IMG/VR virus record: IMGVR_UViG_3300049893_001524
Coordinates: 1-46,475 of that record
DNA from: a virus
Taxonomy: Duplodnaviria > Caudoviricetes
Direction: 5' to 3' (one strand)
DNA: 46,475 nucleotides
The notes beneath the pieces are model-generated. The model did not search any database. It had not been told where the DNA came from and saw only the letters and a list, made by a program, of their open reading frames with translations. This document shows, in pieces, positions 28,000-35,883 of this stretch (the first letter of the stretch is position 1; each line of letters opens with the position of its first letter). The position numbers and the translations under genes are program-made.

Positions 28000-29496
28000 T
28001 TAGGTGACGTCCGGTTCCGTGCTGACGTCGTCTTCGGTGTACATCTGCATCTTCACGGGAACGGGGTGCGCGAAGGTCAGCGCCAGGGCGTCCGCGGTGT
28101 CCGGCGACGCGACGCCACGCAGTTTCATGTCGACCTTGCTCTCGAGGAGCATGCGCATCTGCGTGTCGAAATAGAACTCTGGCGCCGTGAGCTCGTCGCG
28201 CAGGCCGATGTCGTCGGGGATGCTGCCGACGTTCAGCCATTCCTTCATGCGCGCCCACCACTCGATGCGCGGGTTGAAGTACACCTTGCGGTCCATGGTG
28301 GCGAGCTGGTCGCCACTGCGGCACGCGACGACATTGGCGTAGCCGAGCTGGACGAGGCGATCGTAGACGCCCTGGCCGATGCCGACGGCGTCTATGAATA
28401 CGACATCGGGCTGCAGGTCCTGGATCTTGTGGGCGAGGTGCGAGGCCAAGACCATGAGGTCGCGCTCGTCGTACGTGAGGATGCCGTCGAGCATGAGCGG
28501 ACCGCGGCGCAGCACGACCTTGGTGCGCGCCTCGCCGCCGGCCGCGGGGTCGATGCCCATGAGCAGCGGTATGCTTCTCGGGACCGTCGCGGGGTCAATC
28601 TTGCGCTCAATGGCGCGCTCGACGAGGTCGGTGCCTATGAACTGCTTGGGTCCGGTCTTCGGTAGCTTGCCGAGCACGCGGACGCGGAAGAAGTCGCTGG
28701 CCTCGCCGTAGAGCTCGCGCCACTGCTCGAACAGCGTCTTGTCCGTCATCCTGGCCTTGCGGGCGTCGATCTCTCGGACCTGCCAGAAGCTCTTGAACTT
28801 CGTCCAGCACTGCGCGAACCGCCCCTGTGGGTCGGTGTTCTGCGAGAACGCCATCCACAGGTGCGGGCCCTTCGTGGTGAACGCGCCCTCGCTGGTCTCC
28901 CAGATCGTCGCACCGATCGTGCTGGCCTCGTCGAACAGGTACATCACGCATTCCTCGTGCGTGCCCGCGAAGCTCTGCGCGTTGTTATCCGACCACGGCA
29001 TAGCGTTCGCCACGGTCTTGATGGGATCGGAGACGAGCTTGAACGACGTCGCCTGCCACTCGAACCAGTGCTTGTTGATGGCGAGGTCGTGCCACTTGCT
29101 GAGCTCGCGCCAGACCTTCGTCTTGAGCTGGTTCATCGTGCCCGCAGTGACGACGATCTGCAGCTTGCCGGCGCGAGTCGACATGAACCACAGGATCAGC
29201 CAGGCGAGAAGCGCGGTCTTGCCGATGCCGTGTCCGCTGGCAATGGCGATGCGCACCGTGTTGGTCTTGAGCTCGCCGCGCGCGATGCGCACGAACTGGT
29301 TGCGGATGTTCCGTAGCTCCTCGGTCTGCCAGGTGTCCGGGCCATCCCACTCGGCGAGCCCAGTGCCGGATTCGCCCCACGGGAAGATGTACCTGACGAA
29401 CCCCTCGGGATCCCAGTAGAAATCGCCGAGGCGCTCGATGAGCTCGTCGTCCGCAGACTTCGGCTTGTCGTCGAAGTGCTCAGCGGCGGCGGCCAT
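28000..29496 (-). CDS. terL: Terminase large subunit
   Basis: Walker A SGHGIGKT, Walker B YLFDEAS, RuvC-like MGIDPA, IDAVGIG, SPDTADALALTF. Confidence 0.95.
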   Translation of the reverse strand: MAAAAEHFDDKPKSADDELIERLGDFYWDPEGFVRYIFPWGESGTGLAEWDGPDTWQTEELRNIRNQFVRIARGELKTNTVRIAIASGHGIGKTALLAWLILWFMSTRAGKLQIVVTAGTMNQLKTKVWRELSKWHDLAINKHWFEWQATSFKLVSDPIKTVANAMPWSDNNAQSFAGTHEECVMYLFDEASTIGATIWETSEGAFTTKGPHLWMAFSQNTDPQGRFAQCWTKFKSFWQVREIDARKARMTDKTLFEQWRELYGEASDFFRVRVLGKLPKTGPKQFIGTDLVERAIERKIDPATVPRSIPLLMGIDPAAGGEARTKVVLRRGPLMLDGILTYDERDLMVLASHLAHKIQDLQPDVVFIDAVGIGQGVYDRLVQLGYANVVACRSGDQLATMDRKVYFNPRIEWWARMKEWLNVGSIPDDIGLRDELTAPEFYFDTQMRMLLESKVDMKLRGVASPDTADALALTFAHPVPVKMQMYTEDDVSTEPDVT

Positions 29497-29693
29497 TACG
29501 CCGCCGCCGTTGACTGCATCGCCCCCAAGTTTGGCGTGATCGCGGCCACTCTGAGGTCGATTACGGTGTGCTCGGGACCGGCGACGAAATCCTCGCCGGG
29601 GCCTACGAACTTAGCCGCGCGCGGGTTGACCCGGTGCAGGTAGCACCAGTCCAGGAACTGAGCGTAGTTGTCCGCGCGCACGATGACTCGCAT
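29496..29693 (-). CDS. Hypothetical protein (65 aa), possibly leaderless
   Basis: TAATG coupling to terL; ATG lies 6 nt after a TATGCT -10 box. Confidence 0.6.
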   Translation of the reverse strand: MRVIVRADNYAQFLDWCYLHRVNPRAAKFVGPGEDFVAGPEHTVIDLRVAAITPNLGAMQSTAAA

Positions 29694-29699
29694 TCGCAG

Positions 29700-29715
29700 A
29701 GCATACCATGTCCGC
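29700..29715 (-). promoter_or_regulatory. Extended -10 promoter plus operator copy 2 upstream of the terL unit
   Basis: GCGGAC-ATG-GTATGC (29715-29701) overlapping TG-g-TATGCT. Confidence 0.55.
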
Positions 29716-29888
29716 TATAGGATCAACACTTCGTCGTCGTAGACCACGCGGGCGCCGGCAGCCCACTCAGGGTTGGCCTCGATCAGCGGCCGCCAGGCTG
29801 CGGGCATGACGACTACCAGGGGAGGCGGATGGTCCGCTATGGCGTCGGCGAGCGCCGCCTTGATGGCGTCTGGATTGAAGACGTCCAT
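29715..29888 (-). CDS. Hypothetical protein (57 aa; not in the ORF track)
   Basis: TGATG coupling; MDVFNPDAIKAALADAIADHPPP...DDEVLIL-TAG. Confidence 0.55.
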   Translation of the reverse strand: MDVFNPDAIKAALADAIADHPPPLVVVMPAAWRPLIEANPEWAAGARVVYDDEVLIL

Positions 29889-30274
29889 CACATAACTTCT
29901 TGATTCGATGTGCCACTGCCGCGTAGCAGGCTGCGCAACACCTCAGAGTTTGAGGCTTTGTCTCCGCGCCACGCCGCCAGGAATTTGTCGTATTCCGCGC
30001 GGAACAATTCGGCCCTCAACTTCTCGGCGAGGATGCATCTGCGCTCGTGCTCAGCCGTGCTCTGCGGTTCGTGAGCCGGAGGCGGTTTGACGCGCTCGTC
30101 GGCGTACACGGCCTTCTCAATCGCCCACTGGTTTTGATAGGACACGTACACCGGCGCGTCCCTGAACGCCATGTGGATGACAATGCCGCCGCTGTACGGG
30201 TCGAGATCGAGCTCGTTGACGGCGAGAACGTGGTCGAGGTCGATGTACTTGTCGAGGAGCTTGTAGACGCGCAT
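29888..30274 (-). CDS. Hypothetical protein (128 aa)
   Basis: Start re-called to MRVYKLL at the TGATG overlap. Confidence 0.6.
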   Translation of the reverse strand: MRVYKLLDKYIDLDHVLAVNELDLDPYSGGIVIHMAFRDAPVYVSYQNQWAIEKAVYADERVKPPPAHEPQSTAEHERRCILAEKLRAELFRAEYDKFLAAWRGDKASNSEVLRSLLRGSGTSNQEVM

Positions 30275-30612
30275 CAGATCCACCCGAGTTCGGTGTGCAC
30301 CTCGAGGACGCCGCGCTGCCGGTTGGCCAGCTTGGGGATGCGCATGTACACGCCACCGCAGCGCGAGCACACCGCCTTACCACCGCGCTTGCGCCGCTGG
30401 TGCGGGCGGAAATCGACCTGCTCTGCGGCGATCTGGATGCCGGAGTACACCACCGAATTGATGTCGCCGATGTGGTCGCGGCAGTTCGGGCACGTCACCT
30501 TGGTGCCGGGCCCGCAGACCTGGCGCTGCGGCTCGACGGCCATCTTCTTCGGGATGATCCACTCCGGCCCGCTGAGGTGCATGTCGATGCGGTCTATCAG
30601 ATCTTTCCTCAT
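30274..30612 (-). CDS. Zinc-ribbon hypothetical protein
   Basis: CPNC...CSRC; ATGA coupling. Confidence 0.6.
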   Translation of the reverse strand: MRKDLIDRIDMHLSGPEWIIPKKMAVEPQRQVCGPGTKVTCPNCRDHIGDINSVVYSGIQIAAEQVDFRPHQRRKRGGKAVCSRCGGVYMRIPKLANRQRGVLEVHTELGWI

Positions 30613-30830
30613 CGCCGTCGCCCTCGCACAAATCCGGTCGCCCTGCTGTTGTCGCGCTTAACCCTGGACAGATGCCAGCCTCCGCAGTCCGGGCACTCGT
30701 AGCAGCGCAGCGGATCCGCGCCCTGCCTGTGCCTGAAATTCGCCGCCGTCTGCGCCTCGACCTTGCTGTACTTCACCTTGCCGCCGCAGTTCTCGTGCGG
30801 CACAAGGGCGCCCTCGTCTCGAAACTTCAC
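30609..30830 (-). CDS. Small zinc-binding protein
   Basis: C..KVKY...A.......Y.CPDCGGWHLS pattern, common in phages. Confidence 0.65.
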   Translation of the reverse strand: MKFRDEGALVPHENCGGKVKYSKVEAQTAANFRHRQGADPLRCYECPDCGGWHLSRVKRDNSRATGFVRGRRR

Positions 30831-30841
30831 GACAATCCCCC

Positions 30842-30910
30842 GACTGAGTGACGTCGTAAAGCATACCTAAATCAGGGGCGGCAGGCCGATCGCTGCCGGT
30901 TTCCTCAGTC
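30842..30910. other. Intergenic multi-stem element (possible structured RNA)
   Basis: GACTGAG/CTCAGTC closing stem enclosing CGGCAG/CTGCCG and a short CCT/AGG hairpin. Confidence 0.4.
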
Positions 30911-30912
30911 CC

Positions 30913-31410
30913 TTACGGGTTCACAACTGAGACCGCCCCTCTTGGTGCATCCAATAAATCCGTGAACAGCTTGCCGTCGAGGTGGTCGATCTCGTGATGG
31001 ACTACGGCCGCGTGCAGGCCGTGGAACTTGCGCCTGCGGCGCGCGCACTCCTCATCCCAGTACTCGACCTCGACGCGCTTCGGCCTGTGCGTGACCCCGC
31101 GCCGCCAGCCGAACTGCACGCTCATGCAGCCGTCGTCGACGCGCTGCACGTCCTTGCTGGCCTTCACGATGATCGGGTTCAGCATGATCACGGTGTCGCC
31201 GCGGCTGAAGCTCACGTCGAAGATGATCGCGCGCACGGCATGGCCGATCTGCGGCGCCGCCAACCCGAGACAGTTCTGAGTCGCCGCGAAGGTGTCGCGC
31301 AGGTCGCAGACCTCATCGGGCAGGTTCACGCCCCCGTACCAGTTGGTAGGCAGCGTCTCGCATACCCTGCGCAGGCGCTCATCCGGTGCCTGGATGATGG
31401 GCCTGATCAC
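30913..31410 (-). CDS. def: Peptide deformylase
   Basis: Motif 1 GLAAPQIG, motif 2 variant DGCMS (canonical EGCLS), motif 3 HEIDHLDG. Confidence 0.92.
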   Translation of the reverse strand: MIRPIIQAPDERLRRVCETLPTNWYGGVNLPDEVCDLRDTFAATQNCLGLAAPQIGHAVRAIIFDVSFSRGDTVIMLNPIIVKASKDVQRVDDGCMSVQFGWRRGVTHRPKRVEVEYWDEECARRRRKFHGLHAAVVHHEIDHLDGKLFTDLLDAPRGAVSVVNP

Positions 31411-31598
31411 GGCTCACCGAATCCCGGTGGCTGCCGGCTGCCGTCCCGGCCAGGCTCTCCGCGCTGACCCTGCGGACCCGCAGGCCCCCTCTCGCCGCGC
31501 GGCCCGCGCAGGCCCCAGCGCCGCATGGCGACGACGAGAATGCCGGAGAACAGCGCGTTGACGCCGAGCACCAGCACAACGATTTCGCCCGGCGTCAC
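31407..31598 (-). CDS. Small membrane-anchored collagen-like protein (63 aa)
   Basis: GTGA-coupled start; TM (IVVLVLGVNALFSGILVVAM) then 8-9 Gly-X-Y triplets. Confidence 0.6.
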   Translation of the reverse strand: MTPGEIVVLVLGVNALFSGILVVAMRRWGLRGPRGERGPAGPQGQRGEPGRDGSRQPPGFGEP

Positions 31599-32014
31599 GA
31601 CACCAACCTCGCCCTGAACATACCAGGCTCGATGCACACGTTGTTGCCGGCAGACAGGCAGAGCGGCGTGCCGAAAGTGTCGTACATGATCGGCACGCCG
31701 TTGGCCACGTCGAATATCTCGACGCGGTCTACCGCTCTGAACTCGCGCTCGGCGGCGAACACGATGCGACTGATGTTGTACGCGCCGCCAGCATCGACTG
31801 CGAACTCACAGGGTACATGCCTCGAGTAACGGCCGTCGACATACCGGAGGCGGGCGCCTAGCCGGCGCCGCGCTGCGGGCAGGTTCCACTTGCCGGCGCC
31901 GCCCTTGAAGATTGGGTTGCGATCGGCGGCGGGCTTAACCTGCTCCAGGGCCTTCGCGATCTCCGGCGCCGCCGGCGCGAACCCTAGGAATGCGAGAAAA
32001 TTGCGTCGCTTCAT
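31595..32014 (-). CDS. Hypothetical protein with twin-arginine-like N-terminus
   Basis: Start re-called at the ATGA overlap: MKRRNFLAFLGFAPAAPEIAKA. Confidence 0.6.
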   Translation of the reverse strand: MKRRNFLAFLGFAPAAPEIAKALEQVKPAADRNPIFKGGAGKWNLPAARRRLGARLRYVDGRYSRHVPCEFAVDAGGAYNISRIVFAAEREFRAVDRVEIFDVANGVPIMYDTFGTPLCLSAGNNVCIEPGMFRARLVS

Positions 32015-32286
32015 GAGCCTTCTCCCAGCGTAGGCCGATAGTCCTCGAGCAGCGTGTCGATGCACAACTGCCTGTGTATGGTGACGGCGCCAACCATTTC
32101 GTGCGTGGCCGCATTATGGCGCACAGCCAGGCTGCCGTCGGTGAACGTCGTCGCGACCATGAACAGGCCGTTGACGCGCCCAGCCTTGGCAGCAGCCAGC
32201 ATTTCCTCGATGGCGGCGACGAGCTCCGGATCAACGCGCGCCGCGCCGATCGCTGTCACCGCAACAGGCTTTCCCGTGGCAGCCAT
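32011..32286 (-). CDS. Hypothetical protein (91 aa)
   Basis: TAATG coupling; ELVAAIEEMLAAAKAGRVNGL segment. Confidence 0.6.
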   Translation of the reverse strand: MAATGKPVAVTAIGAARVDPELVAAIEEMLAAAKAGRVNGLFMVATTFTDGSLAVRHNAATHEMVGAVTIHRQLCIDTLLEDYRPTLGEGS

Positions 32287-32435
32287 TACTCGCGCCCCGC
32301 AATCCATGAGACCAGCGACCACAGCACTGCGGCCGCAGCCAGGGCGCTCGCCGCGAGCAGCGTCAGCGCGTACAGGTTTTCAACCGCGTACACGTTACGT
32401 GAACGCCGGCGCGACTTGAACACGGCGCGCATCAT
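32286..32435 (-). CDS. Small membrane protein (49 aa)
   Basis: ATGA-coupled start; basic N-terminus plus one TM. Confidence 0.5.
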   Translation of the reverse strand: MMRAVFKSRRRSRNVYAVENLYALTLLAASALAAAAVLWSLVSWIAGRE

Positions 32436-32854
32436 CGCGCCGCCACGCATGTCAGAAACCCGTATCTCATGGCAGTGCGCTTCAAGCCTTGCTGCCATTG
32501 CCATTTCCAAGACGGCGCGACCTCGTCGCGGTACATGCCGTTCGGCCACGGCCGGCGTCGACACCACAGCGGGCAGCCGTGAAACGCGGCGTTGCGCACG
32601 GACTTGTACTTCGAGCTGAAATCCTCAGTCGCCGCGCCGATGATGCGTCCGTTACGCGAGAACAGCGTCCACCGCCAGCCGTGATGCGTGCGCACGAACA
32701 CCCAGTACACAGTCATGGCTCCCATGGGGCCGACGGGGTTCGTCGCCTGCACGACGATGTGAATTGGGAAGCCGCGGTGCAGTGCGTACTTCGATATGAA
32801 CCTTGGCCACGGCGCCCGGCGCTCCGGCTTTGCGTTGCGTTGTTTGGCTGTCAA
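32432..32854 (-). CDS. DUF1508/YegP-like domain protein
   Basis: AGGAGG RBS plus TTG 32854; GWRWTLFSRNGRIIG..TE.FSSK matches the DUF1508 pattern. Confidence 0.6.
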   Translation of the reverse strand: MTAKQRNAKPERRAPWPRFISKYALHRGFPIHIVVQATNPVGPMGAMTVYWVFVRTHHGWRWTLFSRNGRIIGAATEDFSSKYKSVRNAAFHGCPLWCRRRPWPNGMYRDEVAPSWKWQWQQGLKRTAMRYGFLTCVAAR

Positions 32855-32860
32855 GGGACC

Positions 32861-32904
32861 TCCTACTTTGTACGCGATACTAGCACGGCCTCGAGCGCGC
32901 GCAA
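32861..32904 (-). promoter_or_regulatory. Sigma70-like promoter plus operator copy 3
   Basis: TTGCGC-N16-TAGTAT (extended TG); operator GCGTAC-AAA-GTAGGA (32875-32861) overlapping the RBS. Confidence 0.6.
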
Positions 32905-33095
32905 CAACTCCCCTGCCTGGCATCGGCGGCCACGCCATTGCGGCGCATGCGTTCTCGACGGATCACGCTCGCGACTGTCGATACTGGCACGCCCAGCTTG
33001 GCGGCTATGGCTTTGTCGGTGAGCGCGTTCCTGGTGTCTGCGCACGCCATGATGTAGACGATGTCATCGCGGCTCACGCGCTTCCTGGGCGTCAC
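32880..33095 (-). CDS. Small HTH protein
   Basis: LTDKAIAAKLGVPVSTVASVIRR. Confidence 0.65.
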   Translation of the reverse strand: MTPRKRVSRDDIVYIMACADTRNALTDKAIAAKLGVPVSTVASVIRRERMRRNGVAADARQGSCCARSRPC

Positions 33096-33484
33096 GGCCG
33101 CGGCTCTCCGATGCCGTCGCCTTCCTCAACTCTGGCGATCGCGAGCAGCCTGCAATCTTGCGGCTGCAGCCACACCTGGCCGTCCTCCGCGAACTCCACG
33201 AATACGTCGACCCGCCTCGTATGTGGCAGATAGCCCTCGCACAGGTAGACGTTGAACCTGCGCTTGGGCTCGGGAACGTTCACGATGTCGTTCTCGCTCG
33301 TCTCGCCAAGGCTCGAGACGCTGCCGTCCTCGCGGACGTACCAGACCTGCTCCCGGGTGCCGATGGCATCGGTTACGCCTACCACGACCGGGTATCTGTC
33401 GATTGCGTCGGTACGCAAATCCGTGGCCAGCACGCGCGCTTTCAGGCCGGCGCGCGTCTGGACCGGCTTATTCCAGTCGATCAT
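33092..33484 (-). CDS. Hypothetical phage protein
   Basis: MIDWNKPVQTRAG.KARVLATD pattern; ATGA coupling. Confidence 0.65.
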   Translation of the reverse strand: MIDWNKPVQTRAGLKARVLATDLRTDAIDRYPVVVGVTDAIGTREQVWYVREDGSVSSLGETSENDIVNVPEPKRRFNVYLCEGYLPHTRRVDVFVEFAEDGQVWLQPQDCRLLAIARVEEGDGIGEPRP

Positions 33485-33714
33485 TTGATCCTCCACGCGC
33501 GCACGCCCCCGTCAACATGCCGCACCGTTGTGGCGCCCTTTCCTAACTCCCTGATCGCGCAGCTATGCAGCGTTCGGCTAATTTTTGTGCGGTCGCCGTT
33601 CTCGCGCGGCACGAAAAACGAGTCGCCGACCTGCATGTCCGCAAACGGATACTTAGGCGGCCGTCCTTTTCCTACACGCGGCGGAATTGGGACTCCTATG
33701 TCGATTTCGATCAC
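33481..33714 (-). CDS. Small putative DNA-binding protein
   Basis: GVPIP...GRPPKYPFADMQVGDSFFVP...GVRAWRI. Confidence 0.65.
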   Translation of the reverse strand: MIEIDIGVPIPPRVGKGRPPKYPFADMQVGDSFFVPRENGDRTKISRTLHSCAIRELGKGATTVRHVDGGVRAWRIK

Positions 33715-33986
33715 GACCCGTCACCGCCGTCGTAGACGTGCCAGACCAGCGGGAAAGAAAGGTCGACACATGTGCCAACGTACACCAGCTTGTCGAGCGG
33801 GTCGAAGTAGCCGCCGGTGGGCGCAACGTACAGTTGGCGCCAGACCTTGATCTCCATGGGATCGACCTCGGCCCACAACGTCGGGATCCCGTCCTGGTAG
33901 GCGACGTGCAGCAGCTTGGACTTCGCCGGCATTTCGACCGTGTTCTGGCCGACGTTCGGCAGTACAAATTTCCATATCAGTTTCAA
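33711..33986 (-). CDS. Hypothetical phage protein (91 aa)
   Basis: IWKF.L...MP...K.LHV..Q.....LWA.VD...YVGT....LVWHVY; GGAG RBS. Confidence 0.65.
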   Translation of the reverse strand: MKLIWKFVLPNVGQNTVEMPAKSKLLHVAYQDGIPTLWAEVDPMEIKVWRQLYVAPTGGYFDPLDKLVYVGTCVDLSFPLVWHVYDGGDGS

Positions 33987-34687
33987 ATGGTTTCTCCTGT
34001 TGCGCCATCAATGAGTGCGGGCACGCGCTTGGCCGCCGTGGCCATGCGTTCGCGCAGGCGCTCGGCGATCACCTGGGCGCCTTCGTTGCGCTCGCCGTAC
34101 AGATTCTTGGCGCGGTTGAGCATGTCGAGCGCGCGGTCGCGGCTCGCCAACTTGATCGACTTGATAGTGCCGTCCTCGTGGAACGTGATTTCCCGGAGAT
34201 TGGCTTTCTGGTCAGGCGTCAGATTGTCCGAACTCAGCTCGGAGAAGTCCCCCTTACCTTTTTGGATTTTCAAGCCGTAATCGAAAAGGCTGGAGTCGAC
34301 GATCGACCGCATGGCTCTGAACAGGTACTCGTGGTCTGTTTGCGCTGCAACATCAATGGCGCGCAACTGCTTGCCGAGCTCCTCCTGGACGGTCTTGGAC
34401 TGCAGGTAGCGATAGCTGATGTTCCTCGCGCCTGCCGGGGTGAACTGCTGGGAGGCGCCCTTGGTAGCCAGGAGGGCGCCTGGGGCATCGAATCCGAGCT
34501 GGATGTATGCCCTGGCGAACATCTTTGCGCGCAGCCTGTCGACGATGGTGCCCGAATCCATGGCCGTGAAGTTGCGCTTGCCGCCGTTCTTGGCCTTCTC
34601 GCGCTGAACCACGGCCTTGCGCCGCCGGCGGCGCTTGCCGACTTGCAGGAGATCGGCGAGCCTCGGCTTCTCAGACACGTTTGACAC
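33983..34687 (-). CDS. terS: Terminase small subunit
   Basis: F.RAYI....DA..A HTH-like start, YL....VQEEL, C-terminal IKLASRDRALDML. Confidence 0.75.
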   Translation of the reverse strand: MSNVSEKPRLADLLQVGKRRRRRKAVVQREKAKNGGKRNFTAMDSGTIVDRLRAKMFARAYIQLGFDAPGALLATKGASQQFTPAGARNISYRYLQSKTVQEELGKQLRAIDVAAQTDHEYLFRAMRSIVDSSLFDYGLKIQKGKGDFSELSSDNLTPDQKANLREITFHEDGTIKSIKLASRDRALDMLNRAKNLYGERNEGAQVIAERLRERMATAAKRVPALIDGATGETI

Positions 34688-35057
34688 TGGCCTCCACTTT
34701 CAGAAATTTCGACAGGCCGTGCTTCTCCTCCAGGGCTGCCGCGGCGCCTTCCAGACACTTGCACATGGCGTCGAAATCGCCGCGATGCGAGAAGTATTCG
34801 TTGAGCAACAGCACTGACGACAGGAAACCGGGGTCGGCCTTGCTCACCGGGATCGACTTGCTGATGCCCTCCGTGACCACCGCCCACACGGAGCGCAGCA
34901 TGTCCTCGCCGGCCTTCTTGTCGCGGACGATGTCGTCGACCATGGCCTTAGCGGCGAGCGCGCACACGTACTCGTTGAGCCCGGGCACCGCAGCCAGGGC
35001 GTCGCGAATCTCTGCCATCGCCTTCTTGTTGCCGGCGTTGATGTCTACTTCGATCAT
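34671..35057 (-). CDS. Hypothetical protein (128 aa)
   Basis: In operon, GAGG RBS. Confidence 0.55.
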   Translation of the reverse strand: MIEVDINAGNKKAMAEIRDALAAVPGLNEYVCALAAKAMVDDIVRDKKAGEDMLRSVWAVVTEGISKSIPVSKADPGFLSSVLLLNEYFSHRGDFDAMCKCLEGAAAALEEKHGLSKFLKVEASVKRV

Positions 35058-35060
35058 TTG

Positions 35061-35273
35061 CTACCTCGGTTTTCTCCACGACGGCGCGTCCGGGCACGTC
35101 GAAAAGTGGCTGACGTGCCGCTTCAGGTCAAGCTGGTGCTCGGCGTCCGTGGGGCAGGTGCTGGCCTCGTCGACGGGCATGCGCTTGCCGTTCTTCGTGC
35201 GAAACCACACGATCGGCGCCCCACAGCTTGAGCACTGCGTTGCGAACGGGTGCGGCCTGCGGATCTCCGTCAC
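35061..35273 (-). CDS. Small zinc-finger protein
   Basis: CSSCGAPIVW..T.NGK.MPVD...SHF.TCP. Confidence 0.7.
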   Translation of the reverse strand: MTEIRRPHPFATQCSSCGAPIVWFRTKNGKRMPVDEASTCPTDAEHQLDLKRHVSHFSTCPDAPSWRKPR

Positions 35274-35743
35274 GCGTCATGCCCCAGCAGTGGCGGCATG
35301 TTGCCGCTCTGGTATGCGGCGGCGATCTGCGGCGCCGCGAACTCCGACATAGTCAGCCCGTTGGGCAGGACGATGTGCGCCATGAACGCATCCTCGAAGG
35401 TCTCAATGCCGGATTCCACGGCCTCGAGCTTGGCCTTGATGCACAGCGCCAGGGCCCGCCACTTCTGCCGAACGGCCTGCTCCATGGCGGCGTCCTGGTG
35501 GCCCTCAGACATCAGCACTGACGTGCCCCAGCGCGGATGCTTGCGGTACTTGAACTCCTCGCGCTTCGGCAGCGGCAGCAAGAACTTGATGCGGCGACCG
35601 TGAGCCTCGAACGCAATCACGGCCTTGTCGGCGTTCACGCCAGACATGAATCCGCTGGCGCCGTAGCGCATGAGCGTGTCCTCGATCTCGGCCTTTGATC
35701 GCGCCGCGCTGACCTGGGTTCGCTCTGCGTACTTCGCCATCAC
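35270..35743 (-). CDS. Hypothetical phage protein (157 aa)
   Basis: YAE.T.VS..RS.AEIE..L.RYGA...RQ.WRAL.L.IKAKLEAVESGI.TFE.AF. Confidence 0.7.
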   Translation of the reverse strand: MMAKYAERTQVSAARSKAEIEDTLMRYGASGFMSGVNADKAVIAFEAHGRRIKFLLPLPKREEFKYRKHPRWGTSVLMSEGHQDAAMEQAVRQKWRALALCIKAKLEAVESGIETFEDAFMAHIVLPNGLTMSEFAAPQIAAAYQSGNMPPLLGHDA

Positions 35744-35765
35744 TCAGCCTCGCGTTGTAAATGGA

Positions 35766-35845
35766 TCGGGCCCCAGCCGGTGTGTGGTACGACATAGGGA
35801 GGTCGTTGCGCTGAGGTCTGCAGCGCGTGTCCGACTGGAGCCCGA
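35766..35845 (-). ncRNA. Putative structured ncRNA or leader (three stems)
   Basis: 15-bp closing stem with 2 G-U pairs on the minus strand, enclosing GCGCUG/CAGCGC and ACGAC/GUCGU hairpins; starts at the predicted TSS. Confidence 0.6.
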
Positions 35846-35851
35846 AGACTG

Positions 35852-35880
35852 ATATTACTTCTCACTTTGTACGCTGTCCA
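35852..35880 (-). promoter_or_regulatory. Sigma70-like promoter plus operator copy 4
   Basis: TGGACA-N17-TAATAT; spacer holds GCGTAC-AAA-GTGAGA (35874-35860). Confidence 0.7.
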
Positions 35881-35883
35881 CAA

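Noticed and set aside
30842-30910. Hammerhead ribozyme, c-di-GMP-I riboswitch or tRNA
   Set aside because: GAAA and CUGA occur but not CUGANGA in the right stem context; only fragments resemble the riboswitch; no T-loop or anticodon arm.
32386-32400. Possible ninth operator GCGTAC-ACG-TTACGT
   Set aside because: Lies inside a CDS with no adjacent promoter and a mismatch at a conserved G; could be chance.
35789-35806. Plus-strand hairpin with AGGGA loop as a CsrA/RsmA sponge
   Set aside because: Only one such loop, and the G-U pairs and promoter favour the opposite strand.
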